Assembly (NCBI RefSeq): GCF_001194135.2
Contig: NC_068993.1
Coordinates: forward strand, 43,536,113 to 43,600,112
Direction: 5' to 3'
Source: Octopus bimaculoides
Lineage: Eukaryota
DNA length: 64,000 bases
Below the pieces are notes generated by a model. That model saw only the letters and a list, made by a program, of their open reading frames with translations. It was not told the DNA's origin and made no database searches. How positions within the stretch are numbered: the first letter of the stretch is position 1; each line of letters starts with the position of its first letter. This document shows positions 13,911 through 26,245 of this stretch, piece by piece. The position numbers and the translations under genes are program-made.

Positions 13911-14025
13911 CATGTGGTTATTCAGTTTGTTAGAAATAGCAGCAAATCTCACTCTCCTCATACACTATTTTTGACTACTGGTTTCTGTGTGTATTCATGT
14001 GTTTATACCATAATTCACTCATTAA

Positions 14026-14467
14026 CCCTTTTGTTACCATATTTCCGTTAAAATACACTGCCTTTCTTTCAATTAATTTTGAAAATAATCAAGAATTTAA
14101 TAAAATAACTTTGTCACTATTATTCTGGTGTTTGAAACATAAATTAACATAAAATGTTTGTGGAAAGTTTTAATTTAGATCAGTCACTCTTTTGTTACCA
14201 CATTTCTGATAAAATACACAGCTTTTGTTTCAATCAATTTTAAAAATAATGAAGAATTTGGTAAAATAACTTCGTCTTTATAAAGCTGATTTTGGGGACA
14301 TAAATTAGCATGAAATTTTTGTATGAGCTTTTAGTTTAAATCAATTTAAAACCAAGTTTATATCACAGAACTAGGGTGGTCTTGGACAGGTTGATATCAA
14401 AAGGGTTTTAACAGGAAGTTTGTATCATAGAACAGGGATGGTCTCAATTAGGTTGGTATGAAAGAGG
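14026..14467 (+). mobile_element. piggyBac-type MITE family 2 with a second family-2 copy (14187-14405) nested inside
   Basis: Outer left end TTAA|CCCTTTTGTTACCA at 14026; inner left CTCTTTTGTTACCA at 14187; inner right TGATATCAAAAGGG ending 14405; outer remainder (aacaggaagtttgtatc...ggttggtatgaaagagg) ending 14467. Confidence 0.78.
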
Positions 14468-14774
14468 TTGATGGCCCCTATGGTTTCTTTGGTTGATACT
14501 CTCTGCTTTGCCCTATCTTTATCTCAAACCTATTCAAAAGGATAAGGTTCTGTTATATAAACAAAACTAATGGAGAATATGGCCCCTTTGGTGTTTAATA
14601 TAAACCAGCAAAATAAAATAAGTTCTACTCCTGTGGTGTAAACAAGTGGGGGATTTTTCATTCCATTTGCTTTCAAAAATGCAGAACTATTCGATGATTT
14701 ATTAACAAGAAAATGTCAACAGCATCACAATCTGTGGCTCAGCAATTTTTATAAGAAGAGTGCAAAATGTAAAT

Positions 14775-14816
<42 letters not shown>

Positions 14817-14817
<1 letters not shown>

Positions 14818-15505
14818 AATGGTTTTCAACAAGTTATGTCCTTCAAATTCACTTACAAGGCTTTGGACACTTGCCCAAGTTACTGTGCAATGGGACTGAA
14901 CCCAAAGCCACTTGGTTGCAAAGCAAACTTCTTAACCCCACAGCTATGCCTGTGTTGATGAGTGCATTTGAACTCATGTCTCCCATTTACCTTCCCTTCC
15001 TTTATACACTTCAATAACTGATGCCAAATAGCATAGAAAATCATGCTGTTTTTTGCTTGCTTTTTCTTTTTTTTTTTTTTCTTTTCTGTAGCAAAATAGT
15101 GAGGTTGCATAGGAGAAATATATTAGCAAATATGTTTAAACAGGCATGACTACATGGTTGAGAAACTCACTTTGCAGCAACATGGTTTCAGGTTCAATCC
15201 CATTGCTTTGCACCTTGAGTATGTCTCTTCTACTATAGTCCCAGGACAACCAATGCCTTGAAAGTGAATTTGGTAGATGGAAACTCTGTGGAGCCCCATT
15301 GTGTGTGTGTCTGTGTATGTGTCTTTGTGTTCCTCTCTGTGCACTGTTTATATTCCCCATAGCAAAAGTGTCCAATAGAATAAGTGCCACACTTAAAATT
15401 AAATACTGGGGTCAATTTATCCAACTAAACCCATCAAGGTGGTGCTCCAGCATGGCTGAACTCCCAGTGACTCAAACAAAGTAATGGATAAAAAGTAAAA
15501 GATAA
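14817..15505. mobile_element. Divergent pair of family C SINEs (minus 14817-14955; plus 15141-15505)
   Basis: Two C heads in opposite orientation about 185 bp apart; the plus copy has the full tail. Confidence 0.72.
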
Positions 15506-16369
15506 AATATTTTTCACGAAATATTATTAAGGAACTAAAATGTGATTTCAAGAATGAAATTTTATTTAACCAGGTTCTAAACTTTTATATATATAGCCAT
15601 CATACTCGTTAAAAATTTAATAGTCATCATTTAAGAATTTACTGAGGTTAATATACTTTCAATATATACTCTGGCTTTCAACTGTTGAATTTGCTTTTAA
15701 TTCTCACAAATGTTTGAAAGCATTTTAAGGCTGGTAGGAAAAATAAGAAGCGGGAGGGAAAAAAAGACTAAAAAAGAAAATGCTTTTTGTTTTTCAGGGA
15801 GTTTTATTTTTAAGGCTCACTAGTAACCTTTTCTGCTTTTATCTTCCTAGTTTATTGATTATTTTGTATGTTGTGCTTGAGTGGCTTTCATTTTCCAGCC
15901 CCTATAACAAATCGACATACAATAACTTCAAACAGAATCTAAGGTAAACATAACCCTTTCAGTGGTTATAAAAGCTTCTCCTGAAAATAAATATTCTCAG
16001 AGTAAAGGGTTCTCAATGACACTAGGTTATATTTGTTTTTGTTTTTTGTTCTATCCCCCACCCATCTTTTTATTTGGTTCTTTTCAGGTACACATCTTTT
16101 CATTAAAATTTGGCTATTGTTGCCTTTTTTTTTCTCTATATTTATATCAAAGGTTATTTTGGACAGATTAAGAGACTTTCATTTACAGTTTTATTGATGT
16201 AAGCTTTTAGTCAGCCATATAAGTAAGTACTTTATATAGATTTTTGTGTCTATATGGAAAGAGATGGGTATTTTAGTAGTTTTAGTAGTTTATTACCAAG
16301 GTATCTAAGTGTGCTTATAATGGTATCTAGATGTTTCCTTCAATAATACCAACTCACACTTAGGACAAA

Positions 16370-16740
16370 CATACACACGACCAAGTGGTTAAGAAGTTTG
16401 TTTCCCATCCATGTGGTTCCAGGTTCAGTCCTGTTGTACAGTACCTTGAGCAAATGTCTTCTGCTATGACCCCAGGGGTGCACTGTAGACTTTTGAGTGA
16501 ATTTGGTACAGGGAAAATGAAATAAGCTTCTCGGGCATAGTCAGGGATGTCTGATTAAGAAGTTTGTTTTGCAACCAAATGACTTTGGGTCCAGTTCCAC
16601 TGCACAGCACCTTGGGCCAGTGTCTTCTACTATAACCCTGGGTCAATCAATGCCTTGTAAGTGAATTTAGTAAACAGAAACTATGTGGAAGCTTGTCATG
16701 TGTATATGTGTGTGCTTGTGTGTATGCACATACTCACAGA
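16370..16740 (+). mobile_element. Two tandem family C SINE 5' halves
   Basis: Two successive ttaagaagtttgttt...cagt(t)cc...ccttg.gc...tgtcttct...gtgaattt.gta blocks. Confidence 0.7.
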
Positions 16741-18087
16741 CACATGCACATATGTAACCCAGTACAACCTGTTGCATGATCAGGCCATTGGAAACTAAAC
16801 CGTTAACCCTACAAAGTTTATTTGGTTGGGAGAGTGGTTTACATTGGAGAAACAAAAACCTGACAAAGGGCGGACGAACTCTTTAGAGTGAACAGCCATC
16901 CAACAGCTGAGAGTGAGTGGTTCCTCGTCTTTGTTTAGTATTTGATTTCTCTCGGAGAAGGAGAACTGTGATAGAATAACTGCAATTTCATTTGCATCCT
17001 ATGATGTAGACTAGATTTTCATTATGAGCTTGTGTGTGTGTATTATATATCACCATCATTGAGAGCAGATGTTAAACAATGATGATATACACACACACAC
17101 ACACACACACACATGGATATGAAACAGTACTTGCTCTGTAGTCAACTGATGCTTCCTTCTGAAGCATATGTACGTTGAGTTCTAACATTAGGTTGTTAGT
17201 ATCACAATGCCTAAGCAATACATATATATATATGTCAAAATAAGCAACAAGGATATCCAAAGTTAATGCAGTATGATCGTTTCATGCGACACCATTTATT
17301 TAAGCAATGTGAACATCACATCAAATATAAAATGTAGAGCAATCCTCAGCTGCACAAAGATATAGAAATTTAATGAAATTACATTTAAACAGAAGGACAT
17401 ATTTTTATAACTACATCTAAACTCTCCAAGTAGAAAGGAAGCATACAAAAAAACCATTTTGACTTAGCCAGACCATACATATATGTTTATTCACGCACAC
17501 ATTTACATAAAGATTCATGCATTCATACATGAATACACAGGCAGACATATATACAATCACACTATGTGCTTCTTTCACTTTACATCTACCAAATTCATTC
17601 ACAAGAGGCTTTGTTTGACCTGTGGAGCTGAAGTAAAAGGCATTTGGTCATGAAACAAACTTCTTGACCATATAACCATACCTGCTCCGACAGCACATGC
17701 ACATGAATCTTTAAGATGTATTTCTTTCATTGAAGCCATATAACTATATAAATTTTATGATGCTTTTTTTTTTCTTCATGTTTCTAATAATATCTTTAAA
17801 ACTTTATAAACTGATGCAGAAATATCCAGTTTTTTTTTTTTTTTCTTTCTTATATTCTCATAACATAACAGTGTAGAAGCTTTTGTTCTCTTGTGCATTT
17901 TTAGGTGTTTTGTCTTCCAGGTCTTGTTATGACTGCTTATCTCACGATAACATTACTAAGAGGATGGAAAACCCCCACCAGTTACCACTGTAGATATTTT
18001 ACCATGCATTGTTTTTTTTTGCATACATACATACATACTGACATATATGTGTGTGTGTACTTAGAGAGAGAGAGAGATGTGTGTGTG

Positions 18088-18097
18088 NNNNNNNNNN
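18088..18097. other. Assembly gap (10 N)
   Basis: N run inside (GT)n. Confidence 1.
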
Positions 18098-19123
18098 GTG
18101 TGTGTGTATATATGTATGCATATATATATATATTTATATATAGCCTCATTAGAAGAAAAGATAACTTTGAAAAACTGATAACCATAATTCTCCCACCCTA
18201 CATTATTTGACTTCTGTTGATTTATGACCTCCATTAGCGGATAATGGTTTTCAGAGTGAGATTTGGAAAAAGGTAAAGAAGACAAAGAAGATGTTGTAGA
18301 AAACATAGGGGTGGAGAGGGCTCGGATGGTGGCAGAGGGGAACTGACTGAAACAATAGGCTGACCAGATGGTCTGACTTGACAGAGTAATACTGAAATAG
18401 GATTCTATTATATATATTATAATAAAGTTGTTGTTATTGTTGTTGTTTTTTTATGGTCAGTCATTTTCATTCATGGAAACTGAGATAAGATTTTCCAGTT
18501 GAAAATATCTAAATTATTTTCCAAACATTGGCACTGATTTCGATCTTTTACTAGACAATAACATGTTAACAAAGAGTTAAAGCTTTATTCATTACAGTCT
18601 TAAGTAACTTTTATAGCCTAACTAGAATAAATTATGTGTGATTTAATGGCTAGGCGGCATAGTACAAATTTACTGGATATTTCTTTCTATGATAAATAAT
18701 TTTATTTGCAAACTTTGTTTCATTTATTTGTAAACTTTGTACAAGTCCAAGTGTAACTAATACCATGTCGGTTCAGGTAAATCAAACTCCAGTGCAGAAT
18801 AATTGAAATGTCAACATAATGTAGTGTTGACTTCTTTGCTGATACACTACTTCAGAAGGATAGGTAGACGCATGACTTAGAGTATTCAATGATTTTTTTT
18901 TTTTTTTTTTCCCCATCTTATTTTGACAGTAAACAAACATGATCTCTTCATTTGCAATTGGGAAATTGATTCTGGATAGAATCTTTTGTGAAAGAATAAA
19001 TTGTTTGCTGGTTTTTAAAATAGTCTACAAATATTTTTGTAATATACTGTGTTAAAAAACACACACATCTACATATATTTAGACTGACAGATAGTTATAC
19101 ATACAAAGGTATGTGTGTGTGTG

Positions 19124-19159
<36 letters not shown>

Positions 19160-19466
19160 TAGATAGATAGATCAATGAAAAGATAGTTATACATAGAATG
19201 GTATGTGTGTGTATATGTATACACACACACACACACACACATATTTATAGTATTATATATTCAGATAAATAGATAGGTGTAGAATTTAAATAGATAGATA
19301 GATGGGTGTATTTAGACAGGTAGGTGGGTGTACATAAATAGTTTGGAGATTATATAAATGACAAGGGAACAAGAAATTATGTAATGCACTTCATTAGCTT
19401 ACAGCTGTTTCTGCTATGAGATAATGTACTTATAGTTGAGTGTTTATATTTAGATATAGATATGCA

Positions 19467-19752
19467 AAGGCATGTGACCTTGCAGTTAGGGTGTTGCACT
19501 CATAATCACAAGATCCTGGTTTCAATTCTGACTGGCAGTATATTGTGTTCTTAAGCAAACATTTCATGTTACTCCAGTCTACTCAGCAGTAAAAATGGGT
19601 AATCTTGCAATGGACAGGCATTCCATTCAAAGGAATGTTGGCCTACTCACCTAGCCAGCAGGATGGCATCATTTGAAAGCTACAGCAATACTAGGAAGCA
19701 CACTGTAATCAGTGGTGTATAACAACATCTGATAGCCTGGTTGGTCCATTGA
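19467..19752 (+). mobile_element. tRNA-derived SINE, family D
   Basis: tRNA-like head (ttagggtgttgcactcat...ggtttcaattc) followed by the ttgtgttcttaagcaa..catttcatgttactccagtc core shared with the copies at 34813, 37780, 58052 and 59935. Confidence 0.7.
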
Positions 19753-19759
19753 TATACAG

Positions 19760-19796
<37 letters not shown>

Positions 19797-20550
19797 GCTA
19801 AAAGTTAGTTAGGTTATTGCAATTTTTAATTTAACTGCCAACATTTAATGAAGTGAAACTTCCAACATAATTTTCTAAATTATCCAGAATCCACTGCAGG
19901 GTTTTCACTGAGCAACATGCTTAAAATGTCACTTGTTTTTGCTTGAAATAACTCAGTAAAATGTTGATTGTCTTTCTAGTATTATCATAGACTGATGTGG
20001 TGGTTGGTAACTTATAAAAATCTCATTTTACAATTTTGTAGCTGATCCTGTCTGATGTTTTTTAATCAGTGATTTTAAAATAGCAGGAAATCAGCCCTTG
20101 GTCTTAATCAGCCTTCTGTTTTCTTTTTATAATCTCTACAACCTGTTTGTATGGAAATTGTTATTTTCTGCATACAGCTTAAGATAGAAAAATTATTAAG
20201 ATATCTGGCTTGTCAATTAAAATTGTTTTTGTAGGGCATTGGCAAGTCGTTTAGGTTGTCATGTAATCAACTTAGCTTTTCAGACTGTTAATGTTTATTG
20301 CTGGAATGTAGTCTTGGGAAGAGTGCGGCTTTTTTTTATACATTCAGGTATTTGGGCTGTCCTGTAATACTTGTTTTAAAGTATAACTCCATCTGTAGTC
20401 AATAACAGAACTTTGTTAGAGAAATGCTTCACATATACTTAGGCTATCATCAGGAAATGTCAATTTTCCTTCAGAATAAAACACTATGAATTAGAATCAT
20501 TACTAAAATTTAACCCATTTTTGTTTTCCTTTTAAAATTGAAATGCTTAA

Positions 20551-20773
20551 CCCGTTAGCATTCAGATTACTCTTTCAAACATAGTGCTTATTTATTCACA
20601 CCATTTTAAGTTAATCAGGGATTATCTCACAGCTTTGAGATTTCAGTGATGTGATTGTTTTATTTTTAGAAAGGCATTGTAGAATAAGTGTAGGAAGCCA
20701 GATATGACTGGTTTGCTAGCATTAAATAGATAGAATATTTGGGCCAGGTATGGCCGGTTTGAATGCTAAAGGG
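20551..20773 (+). mobile_element. piggyBac-type MITE, family 1 (223 bp)
   Basis: TTAA at 20547-20550 and 20774-20777; TIR CCCGTTAGCATTC/GAATGCTAAAGGG. Same length as, and internally similar to, 7807-8029. Confidence 0.85.
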
Positions 20774-20969
20774 TTAAAGCACTTTGGATACCTCATTTCT
20801 CTTAAAATACAATGATTTTCATTCATTTAATTTTGAAAATATGAAAGAATATAGTAAAAACTGTCCCATGTATATAAAAAAGAAAAGAGTATAAAAGAAT
20901 ACAATAAGCTATTCAAAAAGCAGAATTCTTCAGATAAGACAATTGAAAGCAAAAAATAAAAAAGAAATA

Positions 20970-21185
20970 ATCTTTTCTACTTTAGGCACAAGGCCTGGAA
21001 ATTGTGGGGAGGGTGATAGTCAATCACATTGACCTCAGTTCTTGACTGGTACTCAATTTATCAACCCTGAAAGGATGAAAGGCAAAGTTGACCTCAGTGG
21101 AATTTGAACCCAGAAAGTAAAGATGGACAAAATGCTGCAAAGCATTTTGCCTGGCATGCAAACAATTCTGCCAGCTCACTGCCTT
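20970..21185 (-). mobile_element. Family A SINE
   Basis: Reverse complement of the family A consensus, including the head (ctgccagctcactgcc); abuts a (TAA)n tract. Confidence 0.8.
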
Positions 21186-21200
21186 TGTAGTAATAATAAT

Positions 21201-21720
21201 GATGCAGTACCAGGCACTGGCTCTCATGGCTTTTGATCTTAACTGATTGGAAATGTTATCATGTACATTGCTTCATCTTGGTATAAAAGATGGGTTACAG
21301 CAAATATTCTGCTCATTACCACAGATTTGCTTGTCAGTTGCTTCACCTTAACCAGTTGAGCATGTTCCTTAGTAGCTGATGATATGTGCATCTCTGATCA
21401 CATGCAGAGCATCATAGCCATGTGTTGAGAGGAATTCTTTAGTGTTTGAATATTTCATCTCAGGAAACACAAGTGTTCTGTTCATCATCCTTAAACAAAC
21501 CTTATTTAGGGACCTTCTGAGCGGGATGGGCTACTCAACTTGAAGAAAATTCTAACTGGGCCCCACCTATAAAGTAATGTGCTGTTTATCTTAATATGAG
21601 ATCACCATGTCACTCACATATGGTTGTGATACATATGCCTGGTGGGTATATTGGGCTTCATATGTTTGTACCCCAGTGTCACTTTGATGGCATGCACTGC
21701 TCTCTCACTCAATAATAATA
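21201..21720 (+). mobile_element. About 520-bp interspersed repeat flanked by (TAA)n, with no tRNA head or ORF seen
   Basis: Starts after agtaataataat and ends ctctctcactc-aataataataa; a reverse-orientation partial copy is at 31141-31295. Confidence 0.65.
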
Positions 21721-22724
21721 AAGAATTATTAAATAATGACATCGTTATCATCATCATCATCATGCATCCATATACCATGTTGGCATAGTTTGCATATATA
21801 TTAATTTTTAACATGTTCCAGTTGATATAAGCATGAATATTTTAACTGTTGTACCTCACTTTCAGAGCACAACTTCTCCCTTCTCACAATGTATGTTGAA
21901 CAACACACTCAATTCAGTGATGTAGGGGGACTTTGAAATAATACTGTTTCAACCTCATTGTATCTCTTCAACATCCCTCAGATCCCTAAATCTAAATATG
22001 AATTGTGGATGTTGGTCCTTGATAGAATTCAGCAAACAAATTATTTGCTGATGTGTGTTGATGTCTGTCAACTTGACAATAAATTATTATGCGCACATGA
22101 AACAGCAAGAATGAAAACAATGATGTACATATTCATTCTTAACATGTTCCAGCAGATATGAATGTGAATAAGTTAATCTCTTTTGTATTTTGCCTTTAGA
22201 GAACAACTTCTCCATTCAGATGAATTTGTGTTGTAAAACAAGCAAAAATATTTGCTGGTAGTTTACCAGAAATAAAGTAATCTTTATGTGATAATAAAAA
22301 TAAATAAAAAAATACACAAATATTCATTCGATCAATATTTCGTTACCATTTTTACAAAAGCAATTAATAATATTTTTCAATATATCATTGCTAGTTTTCT
22401 TCTGTTTTTATATTTCAATAATTATTTCTAAACCTAAGTCATTCTCACATTTTTAATTAATTTATTAATTTTAGATTTAATAACTGCAACTTTGTTGCTT
22501 TGTGTTATTAAAAAAAAAAATTCTTTTTTCTTCACAAGAAAGCTGACTTTCTCAGCAATAGTTTGGTGCACTTTTGACATCATCATTGTTGTCATCATCG
22601 TCACTGTCGTCATCATGACTACTACTTTAATGGATGTTTTCTCTGTGTTGGAATAGGTTCAGTAGAAAATTTACCTAATTATAAACAATTCCTTTTATTA
22701 TTATTATTATTATTATTATTACTT

Positions 22725-22757
<33 letters not shown>

Positions 22758-22945
22758 AGGTGGTGAACTGATAAAATGATTAGCAGCATTTTATGCATCT
22801 TTATGTTATGAGCTCAAATTCCACCAAGATCGACTGGTTTTCATCTTTTGAAGGTCAATAAAATGTCGGTTGAGCACTGAGGTCGTTGTAATCAACTAGT
22901 CCCCTCCCCTAAAATTTAAGCCTTGTGCCTTTAGTAGAAAGTATT
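22758..22945 (+). mobile_element. Family A SINE between triplet microsatellites
   Basis: aaggtggtgaactg head and gagctcaaattcc B-box; flanked by (TAT)n(GTA)n and (TAT)n(TAC)n. Confidence 0.72.
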
Positions 22946-22982
22946 ATTATTATTACTACTACTACTACTACTACTACCTGTC

Positions 22983-23034
<52 letters not shown>

Positions 23035-23279
23035 ATGTGTCTATATCTGTATGTTTCACCCCCACCATAACTTGACAAGTGATGCTGGTGTGTTTATGTC
23101 CCTGTAATTTAGCAGTTTGATAAAAGTGACCAAAGTGCTAGGCTTACAAAGAATAAGTCTTCAGGTCAATTTCTTTGCCTAAAACTCTTTAAGGTGGTGC
23201 TCCATCATGGCCACAGTCAAATGACTGAAACTAGTAAAATTATACATATATCCAATTATGATTAGAAGCAGCACTAGTG

Positions 23280-23619
23280 TTGTAAACATTATCAGACACA
23301 TATACTCAATGTATGTGTTTTGCTTGTTTGCCAGTATGTGCAGTTTAGCACAGTGGAGATGACTCCCTCAAAGCACTGGATGTTAAAACATCTGAAAGTG
23401 ATAGACAGGCAAAACAACTTGCCCCTAATCCCAATAGTGAAATGTCAGTATCTATCTCTCCTGAATGGGATTAGAGGCAAGTTGTCTTGCTTGTCTATGC
23501 CTTTCAGGTGTTTTAACACCCAGTGCTTTGAGGGAGTCTTCCCCACAATGCTAAACTGCAGCATACTGACAAACAAGCAAAACTCATACATTCAGTATGT
23601 GCAGTCAGTAATGTTTATA
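23280..23619. repeat. Long inverted repeat (fold-back / MITE-like)
   Basis: Core arms 23317-23433 and 23466-23583 differ by about 12 mismatches and 1 gap in a hand alignment, with a 32-nt loop. Weaker symmetry extends about 35 bp further on each side. Confidence 0.88.
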
Positions 23620-25761
23620 ATATATATAATTAGGTTGGTTATATCTTTAATTTCTTTCTTCTCAATTCTGAGACACAAAACCCATTCTTCAAGTCAATAA
23701 AAGAAATTATTATTTATACTGAAATTGATTCCAGTGAAGTATAACTCTTGTCTTTTTAACAAATTAATTAGCCTTGAATCTAATGAAACAACCATGTAGA
23801 CGGAATGGCTTTTAATATATTAAGAACTGATGTTAGCTATAATAGCTCTGTGGATTAAACGAATCATTGCTATCAATTTAATCAAATGGAGAGAGAAAAT
23901 TTTCATTGCTTATTTTAACCTGTTTGGCTTTCCTAACAGCTTTCTCTGTCACTTCTTGATCTTATTCATTTAGTTTTACTGTCCACAAATTTTCCTGCAA
24001 TAACCATCTTCTGTTTTTTAAACTGACACATAAGCAATGGTGACAATAGCTATTTATTGGATAGATAGGTCTGCGGTAGTGATCTTGGGGCTGGCGGGTA
24101 AAGGTTTCCTGTTTTTGTTTTTTGTTGTTTTTTTTTTGTTTTTTTTGTTTTCTTTTAACCAAGCTGATGAGAGGAAAGGATTTATATCTAATCAAATTTC
24201 CCTTGATTATACATCTGTCTCTGGCGATGACGTTGCCTGTCATATTTTCTATTAGTCTGACAAGCAGGTGCCATTTAGCCAACTGTTGATGTTTCTATGG
24301 CAATATGACAAGACTTGTCAGTAAAGTAATCATATGTTCCTTAATCTTAATAATGAAATGTTGTCAATTCTCATCAACTTAAATTCTCTAAACCACTACA
24401 CATACCCTACTACCACCCACACACAACCTATTTTTCCTGTCATGACACCTTCACTGCCAAAAGTTGATTCTATTTACACAGAATAACACAACCAACAACG
24501 TTATATAAATTCAGTCAATCAAATTGAAATTTTCTTATATATATATTTTCAGTAAAATAACCAGCTTTGGAATATATTAATCCTCTCAGAATTGCTATTG
24601 TGCACACGTGCATGAATATATGTATTTGTGTGCGTGTTGGCGTGATCGCGTGCATGAACACACATCATTCATTAGATAAGATTAACTTAACTTTTCCTTT
24701 TTATGAGTGAAAAAGAAACGAAAGATTAATGTTGGAAAAGGTGGAGGATTGGGGCGAGGGGCTGGCAGTAAAATGTTAATAGACAATTAAAAATTCTAAT
24801 CTCTTTCTCTTTTAGTATTTCTGAAGAAAATTCTTTTGCCATAAAATTCACAGTCAGCTATTGAATATTTCAATGGATTAATATTTTCAAAATCTTTCTA
24901 ATAATCCTTTCCAGAATGTCTTTTTTCACCATTAATACCTATGTATAATCATTAAATGATGACGGTGTGTGTATGTGTGTAAAGTATGCATATACACACA
25001 TATACCCACACATAAAACTCCATCTCATTATTTCATAATTTAAATATTGATTTCAGAACCATTTATTATTTATCAACTTTTTTTTTTTTTTTCACTTCGC
25101 TCCTGAAAATTCATGCTCCAATCAACCATAAGCTTTTTGCTTAAAATCCTTAGCTAGAATATATTGACCTCACAGCATCACTGAGTGATTTGCTCTAACT
25201 TTGTAGTCTAATGCTACATCAGAGGCATATAAAAAGCTGAGCTTTCAACTGTAGATTGAAACACCTGGTTTCTGATTTTAATGTATACTGCTTTGGTTCC
25301 GCCTGATTAAGTTCCTACTTAAACGTTTTTTGCTTCTCTTTTTTTTTTCCCCCCTTTACTTTTGTACATATTTGCTTCATTTACAAAACTGCTCAGATCC
25401 AAATTAAAATTTGACAATTTTTTTCATAGTTTTTATTTTAATTGTTATGAATAAATGATGTAGATGCCTAAATATTAAAAACCTTCTGTGGTTTTTTTTT
25501 TAATCTCCCTAGCTCTTTAGAGAACTAAAAGCCTGCTGTCATTTTATGCACTACAAAATAAGCGAATTGTTTTGGGGTTTTTTTTTCCTTGTTTTTAATG
25601 CTAATGTTATGAGCCCCTTGAGGTGTATATGCAATTTTATGGTGTTAAATGGATAAGAAATGTTTTTCCCTCAGACTATTGTAGGTAACATACCTTCCCA
25701 CAAATACAGGAAGCCCACATCACTGTGCAACTAGAAGAAAGAAATGTCTACTTCACAACCA

Positions 25762-26245
25762 CATCATCATTATCATCATTGTTTAATGCCTGCTCTCTTT
25801 ATGCTGGCATGGATTGGACAGTTTGATATGGAGCTGGCTACCAGGGAACTGTCCAGACTCCAACTGTCTGTTGTGGCATGGTTTCTACAGCTGGATGCTC
25901 TTCCTAATGCCAACTACTTAACAGTGTGTGCTGGATGCTTTTTACATGCCATCGGCATGGGTGCATTAATGCAACTCTAACACAGGTGGTTTTTAAGTGA
26001 CACTGTCACCCGAAAGGACAAGGCCTGTATATGTGGCAGACAGTAATTTTATTCATCTTGCTGTGTCTTATTAACTACAGCAAATTGCCACATTTCCCAG
26101 TCCCTTGTCATTTCCTCATTGAGGCCCAGTGTCCGAGGATCCTTTCTCACTACTTCATTCCACATCTTCCTGGGGTCTACCCCTTCCACAGGTACCCTCC
26201 ACAATTAGAGCTCAGCACTTTTTTTATGCAGCTGTTCTCATGGTT
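25762..26245 (-). mobile_element. RTE-clade LINE 3' fragment with 3' UTR and (GAT)n tail
   Basis: Minus strand about 26245-26040 reads NENSCIKKC*ALIVEGTCGRGRP/RKMWNEVVRKDPRTLGLNEEMTRDWEMWQFAVVNKT (one frameshift), the RTE C-terminal GRGRPRKTW motif. It is followed by the UTR shared with family B and a ttaaacaatgatgataatgatgat tail. Confidence 0.75.

Noticed and set aside
19385-19440. Hammerhead-like GAAACAGCTGTA on the minus strand (also CGAAACCATGTC at about 48843)
   Set aside because: Penelope-type minimal hammerheads need an upstream CUGANGA core and stems I and II; I could not find these intact at either site.
19850-20500. Higher-complexity block that might be a decayed retroelement ORF
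   Set aside because: No motif I could assign in any frame.
21808-22240. Degenerate direct repeat of about 100 bp (21808 and 22139); also short duplications at 448-516, 2074-2117, 37999-38062 and 63550-63700
   Set aside because: Consistent with ordinary local tandem duplication; no spacer architecture or coding signal.
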